From the IMG/VR virus record IMGVR_UViG_3300045988_151333: a stretch of 35,344 nt of DNA. One strand, given 5' to 3'. Positions 32,350 through 35,344 of this stretch are shown piece after piece. Every line of letters begins with the position of its first letter. Positions within the stretch are counted from its first letter, which is position 1. The position numbers and the translations under genes are program-made. The notes beneath the pieces were generated by a model. The model saw only the letters and a program-made list of their open reading frames with translations. It did no database searches and was not told the DNA's origin. Source of the DNA: a virus.

Positions 32350-33257
32350 ACAGAGAGAAGCGAACCTACTCGGGCAAGCTCCTTGACGTGGATTTCTACC
32401 CGGTTTTTTCGGACGGTCGGCGAATGCCATCGCGAAAACCGAAAACAAAGCCATCTACTGCCGAACAAGAAAAATACAACCGAAACAAAGCCGTGCGGGA
32501 ATTCTGCCGGATTGTTAACGCAAATTTCGATGAAAAAGATTATTTTATGCATCCGACGTTTACGCCGCTTTCGGCACCCAAAAGCAGAGAGGAAGCAAAA
32601 AAAATCTTAGCGAATTACCGAGCGCGGGTTCAGCGACGACGAAAAAAAGAGTTAAAAAAAGCGAAGCTTGCATTATCGGTACTTCCGGAGCGGAAAGAGC
32701 TGAAAGAACAGCGAAAAGAGCTTGTCGAAAAAATCAACGTTCTGTCCCGTCCGTTCAAATATGCATACACGATTGAAGAGGTCACATATAAGACGGGAGT
32801 TCTAAAAGGGCGGACAAACTATCATTATCACTTATTCATCACCGGCGGCTTGGATGACAGGCTTATGGAGAGAATGTGGGATAAGGGCGTTCGGGTTAAC
32901 GTCAACAATTATCAGCCGGAGCGGTTCGGCCCGGAAACGGCGGCAAAATATATGCTTAAGAGCACGCCCGAAGCCGGAAAGAAAAAATACATCTGCTCGC
33001 GGAATATGACCCCGCCGCGAGTGCCGGATCCGTCAAGACGAGACGGCAAAACGTCGAATCGCCAGCTTGAGAAATGGGCTAAAGAGCGAGTAAATGACGC
33101 GGAGTTTTGGGAGCGGAAATACAAAGGCTACCGATTCGAGCGTTGCTTCGCTCGGAAAAACCCATATAACGGGCATTGGTACATATCAGTAATTATGTAT
33201 CGGGCGACAGCGGAAATGCCGCCGTGGACGCTCGACGATTGGGGGGTGTATGAGTAG
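32346..33257 (+). CDS. HUH-type rolling-circle replication initiator-like protein
   Basis: Motif I-like HPTFTP, HUH motif YHYHLFI and Y-motif AAKYMLKS, in the canonical order. Confidence 0.6.
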   Translation: MNREKRTYSGKLLDVDFYPVFSDGRRMPSRKPKTKPSTAEQEKYNRNKAVREFCRIVNANFDEKDYFMHPTFTPLSAPKSREEAKKILANYRARVQRRRKKELKKAKLALSVLPERKELKEQRKELVEKINVLSRPFKYAYTIEEVTYKTGVLKGRTNYHYHLFITGGLDDRLMERMWDKGVRVNVNNYQPERFGPETAAKYMLKSTPEAGKKKYICSRNMTPPRVPDPSRRDGKTSNRQLEKWAKERVNDAEFWERKYKGYRFERCFARKNPYNGHWYISVIMYRATAEMPPWTLDDWGVYE

Positions 33258-33289
33258 CAACAATTAACAAAATTTCGGAGGTATAAAAA

Positions 33290-33667
33290 ATGATAATTTC
33301 AGGAGAAGGCTCAAAAACAATGAGTGAGAGCGAAGAGCAAATATGCCTTTTTCGGTGGGCACAATGGGCTTGCGGCAAATATCCCGAGCTTAAATTGCTG
33401 TTCCACGTCCCGAATGAGGGAAAAAGAAGCGTCTATACGGGAGCACGTATGCGTTCGGAAGGACTAAGAGCCGGTGTCCCGGACATCTGCTTACCCGTGG
33501 CAAAAAAAAGATATCACGGTTTGTTTGTCGAAATGAAAGCAGGAAAAAACAAGCCGACCGCAAACCAAATTGAATGGCTTTCGTCTCTCGAAGAACAAGG
33601 ATATATGACGGCCATATGTTACGGCTGGGAAGCCGCGAAAGTTGTTATTGAAAATTATCTCAAGTAA
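33290..33667 (+). CDS. VRR-NUC nuclease
   Basis: FHVPNEG...GVPDICLP...GLFVEMKAGKNKPTANQIEWL. Confidence 0.75.
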   Translation: MIISGEGSKTMSESEEQICLFRWAQWACGKYPELKLLFHVPNEGKRSVYTGARMRSEGLRAGVPDICLPVAKKRYHGLFVEMKAGKNKPTANQIEWLSSLEEQGYMTAICYGWEAAKVVIENYLK

Positions 33668-33681
33668 AAAGGGTGGGAAAA

Positions 33682-33939
33682 ATGATACACGAACTAAAAA
33701 TCAAGCCTCAATATTACGAAGATATTAAAATCGGGCTTAAACCATTCGAAATAAGAAAAAACGACCGAGATTTCAAGCTCGGTGACATCCTTATTTTGAA
33801 TGAATATGACAGCGGAGCGGGAACATACAGCGGTCGTGCCCTCACAGTAAGGGTTACATATCTGTTGAACGACCCTGAATATTGCAAAGAAGGTTATGTA
33901 ATTCTCGGGATAATCCCGGTAGGAGAACGCCATGGATAA
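33682..33939 (+). CDS. ASCH-like DUF3850 protein
   Basis: MIHELKIKPQYYEDIKIGLKPFEIRKNDRDFKLGDILILNEY. ATG 33682 has a better RBS spacing than GTG 33673. Confidence 0.65.
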   Translation: MIHELKIKPQYYEDIKIGLKPFEIRKNDRDFKLGDILILNEYDSGAGTYSGRALTVRVTYLLNDPEYCKEGYVILGIIPVGERHG

Positions 33940-34060
33940 GATTTTATATTATGTCATAGCAATTTTTTTAATAATATCGGCCGTTGTGTTTTCAGCTGTC
34001 GCAATTAAAGCCATCATCAATTTTATTGTTTTTATCGCCGCGGCGGTAATAATGAGCTAA
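33932..34060 (+). CDS. 42-aa hydrophobic membrane peptide
   Basis: MDKILYYVIAIFLIISAVVFSAVAIKAIINFIVFIAAAVIMS. Overlaps the upstream stop. Below the ORF-track cutoff. Confidence 0.35.
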   Translation: MDKILYYVIAIFLIISAVVFSAVAIKAIINFIVFIAAAVIMS

Positions 34061-34073
34061 GGAGTACAAAAAA

Positions 34074-34613
34074 ATGAAATTAAAGAAAATAGAGCAAATC
34101 CTAAAACGTAACAAAACGATAATACTCTATCATGGACCGGATGATATACAGTTTTTGAGCGACGGAACGGCTCTTTACCCTATGTTTAATCTTCCGGAAT
34201 TAACCAAAGAAAGCATATTTACAATGTTTGACATTCCGGAGGAAAAAGCATCTAAATTTCTTTTCGAAATACGCGCACTTTCTCAGACGCTCGATGTAAA
34301 TGTAAAAGACATCGACCCCACCGAAAATTTGCTCGAAAGAAGTAAAATATCGATTTGTTTAAACGGAATCGAGCTCGAACCGTTAAAGACATCGCAAGGG
34401 ATTATGTACATAAACACGCGATATTTGGAGCCATTCGCGGATATAGAAACAGGATATGAGATATATGAAAGAACAAGAACAGACGGAATGTTGTATTTCG
34501 CAATTAAAAGTGGGCTCATATTGTGCGGCATCGTGCTTCCGAGTTTCGGAGACGAAAAGTTCATAAAAGAGCCGCTTAAAGAGATTTTGCAATATACTGC
34601 CGACGAAGAATAA
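34074..34613 (+). CDS. Hypothetical protein
   Basis: 179-aa ORF with an AAGGAG RBS. Confidence 0.55.
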   Translation: MKLKKIEQILKRNKTIILYHGPDDIQFLSDGTALYPMFNLPELTKESIFTMFDIPEEKASKFLFEIRALSQTLDVNVKDIDPTENLLERSKISICLNGIELEPLKTSQGIMYINTRYLEPFADIETGYEIYERTRTDGMLYFAIKSGLILCGIVLPSFGDEKFIKEPLKEILQYTADEE

Positions 34614-34731
34614 TAACATTCAAGAAAAGAGGAAAAGTTATGAACAACAATATTTTACGCGCTATTGCCCCGCTTTTTGCGGAGCTGCAAAAGTTAGTAG
34701 ATACATACGAAAATTTTTAGGAGGTGCCTAT

Positions 34732-35058
34732 ATGGACGAAAAGTTTTTAGGAAAAATCGACTTTGCAGAGTTTGGGAAAATTAGCGACTATCCCTTTTTA
34801 ATCGGGCTGCAATTAGGTTTTTCCTTTAATGGCTGCGGAGTTATGGACGGCGGAAAGTACACCGTAAACATTGACGACGCTTGCAAGTGGAGCACAGAGG
34901 AAAGACTACAAGGCATTACAAAGACAGTAGAAAAAGTAAACGAAATTTTGAAAGCGGCTAAATGTTGCTATGTTTCGGAGCTGATAAATAAGCCCGTCGA
35001 GGTAGTAATCGAAAACGGCGTATTTTCTGACTTTAGGATTTTAACAGAGGTTTTATAA
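34732..35058 (+). CDS. Hypothetical protein
   Basis: 108-aa ORF with a TAGGAGGTG RBS. Confidence 0.55.
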   Translation: MDEKFLGKIDFAEFGKISDYPFLIGLQLGFSFNGCGVMDGGKYTVNIDDACKWSTEERLQGITKTVEKVNEILKAAKCCYVSELINKPVEVVIENGVFSDFRILTEVL

Positions 35059-35075
35059 AACAAGGAGGTTACATT

Positions 35076-35344
35076 ATGAACAGCAGGATTTTAACCGCTA
35101 TCGAGTCGCTTTGCGATGACATAGCAACCAACACCAACCCCGAGGAAAACAAGAAAAGAGCCGAGGCGGTTGTTTCTCTTGCCTTTGTGGGCATTTTTAC
35201 TCCCGCAGAATATGACGACGAATACGAGGACTACACCGAGGACGACTCCGTAGCGGGAGCGGAAAAAGATAAAATCAAAATCCCAAAACCCGGCGAGCAA
35301 TTCGAGTATAACGGCGTTAAGTTTACCGCTCTCGGAGAGGAGCA
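35076..35344 (+). CDS. 5' part of the wrap-around DUF6273-like gene (continues at nt 120 of the circular map)
   Basis: AAGGAGG RBS and ATG 35076. The frame stays open to the window end and is in phase with frame 1 at nt 1. Confidence 0.6.
   Translation, partial: MNSRILTAIESLCDDIATNTNPEENKKRAEAVVSLAFVGIFTPAEYDDEYEDYTEDDSVAGAEKDKIKIPKPGEQFEYNGVKFTALGEE
35226..35344. repeat. Right copy of the 119-nt terminal overlap (identical to 1-119)
   Basis: Read directly. Confidence 0.97.

Larger units (their letters stand above)
1..35344. mobile_element. Complete temperate HK97-like (cos/HNH type) siphovirus genome, circularly closed contig, unique length 35,225 bp
   Basis: Exact 119-nt end overlap. Full packaging, head, tail, lysis, lysogeny (integrase, S24 repressor, attP) and replication gene sets. 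Confidence 0.9.

Overview
The window is one complete, circularly closed temperate phage genome. Nt 1-119 are identical to nt 35226-35344, so the unique length is 35,225 bp, and the overlap falls inside a gene. It looks like an HK97-like, cos/HNH-type siphovirus of a Gram-positive (Clostridia-like) host, judged from strong GGAGG ribosome-binding sites and standard stop-codon usage.

Gene order (+ strand unless noted):
- 1-5200: early/middle accessory genes, namely DUF6273-like, PcfK-like, PcfJ-like, ParB/DUF3102-like, a Zn-ribbon protein, a half-PnuC-like 3-TM protein and a sigma region-4-type late regulator.
- 5270-9204: a TerS-like HTH protein, two fibre-like proteins, the lysis cassette (including a holin-M23-SH3 fusion) and an HNH-P-loop fusion.
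- 9205-9459: putative cos region.
- 9460-23420: small and large terminase, portal, protease, HK97 capsid, connectors, major tail protein, G/G-T chaperones with a textbook -1 frameshift site, tape measure, Dit, Gp37-like protein and a beta-helix fibre.
- 23421-26516: a moron island of three terminator-bounded cassettes.
- 26541-26798: attP, containing the 3' end of a tRNA (probably Gly).
- 26877-30380, minus strand: lysogeny operon of integrase, 49-aa ORF, membrane-anchored HIRAN protein, XRE protein and S24 CI-like repressor.
- 30381-35344: switch region, then cro-like, excisionase-like, an HUH rolling-circle Rep, VRR-NUC and ASCH/DUF3850 genes.

The best candidates for an undescribed system are:
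1. The XRE / membrane-tethered HIRAN / 49-aa cargo embedded between the repressor and the integrase.
2. The moron island, where an identical consensus promoter with an embedded palindromic operator is duplicated. One copy sits in front of a 4-gene RHH-containing operon, the other in front of a 34-aa hydrophobic toxin-like peptide.
3. A separate autoregulated 2-gene cassette carrying a 26-bp perfect palindrome over its promoter.

All family assignments come from motif recognition by eye. No database search was run. I found no CRISPR array, no rRNA, no complete tRNA and no reverse transcriptase.
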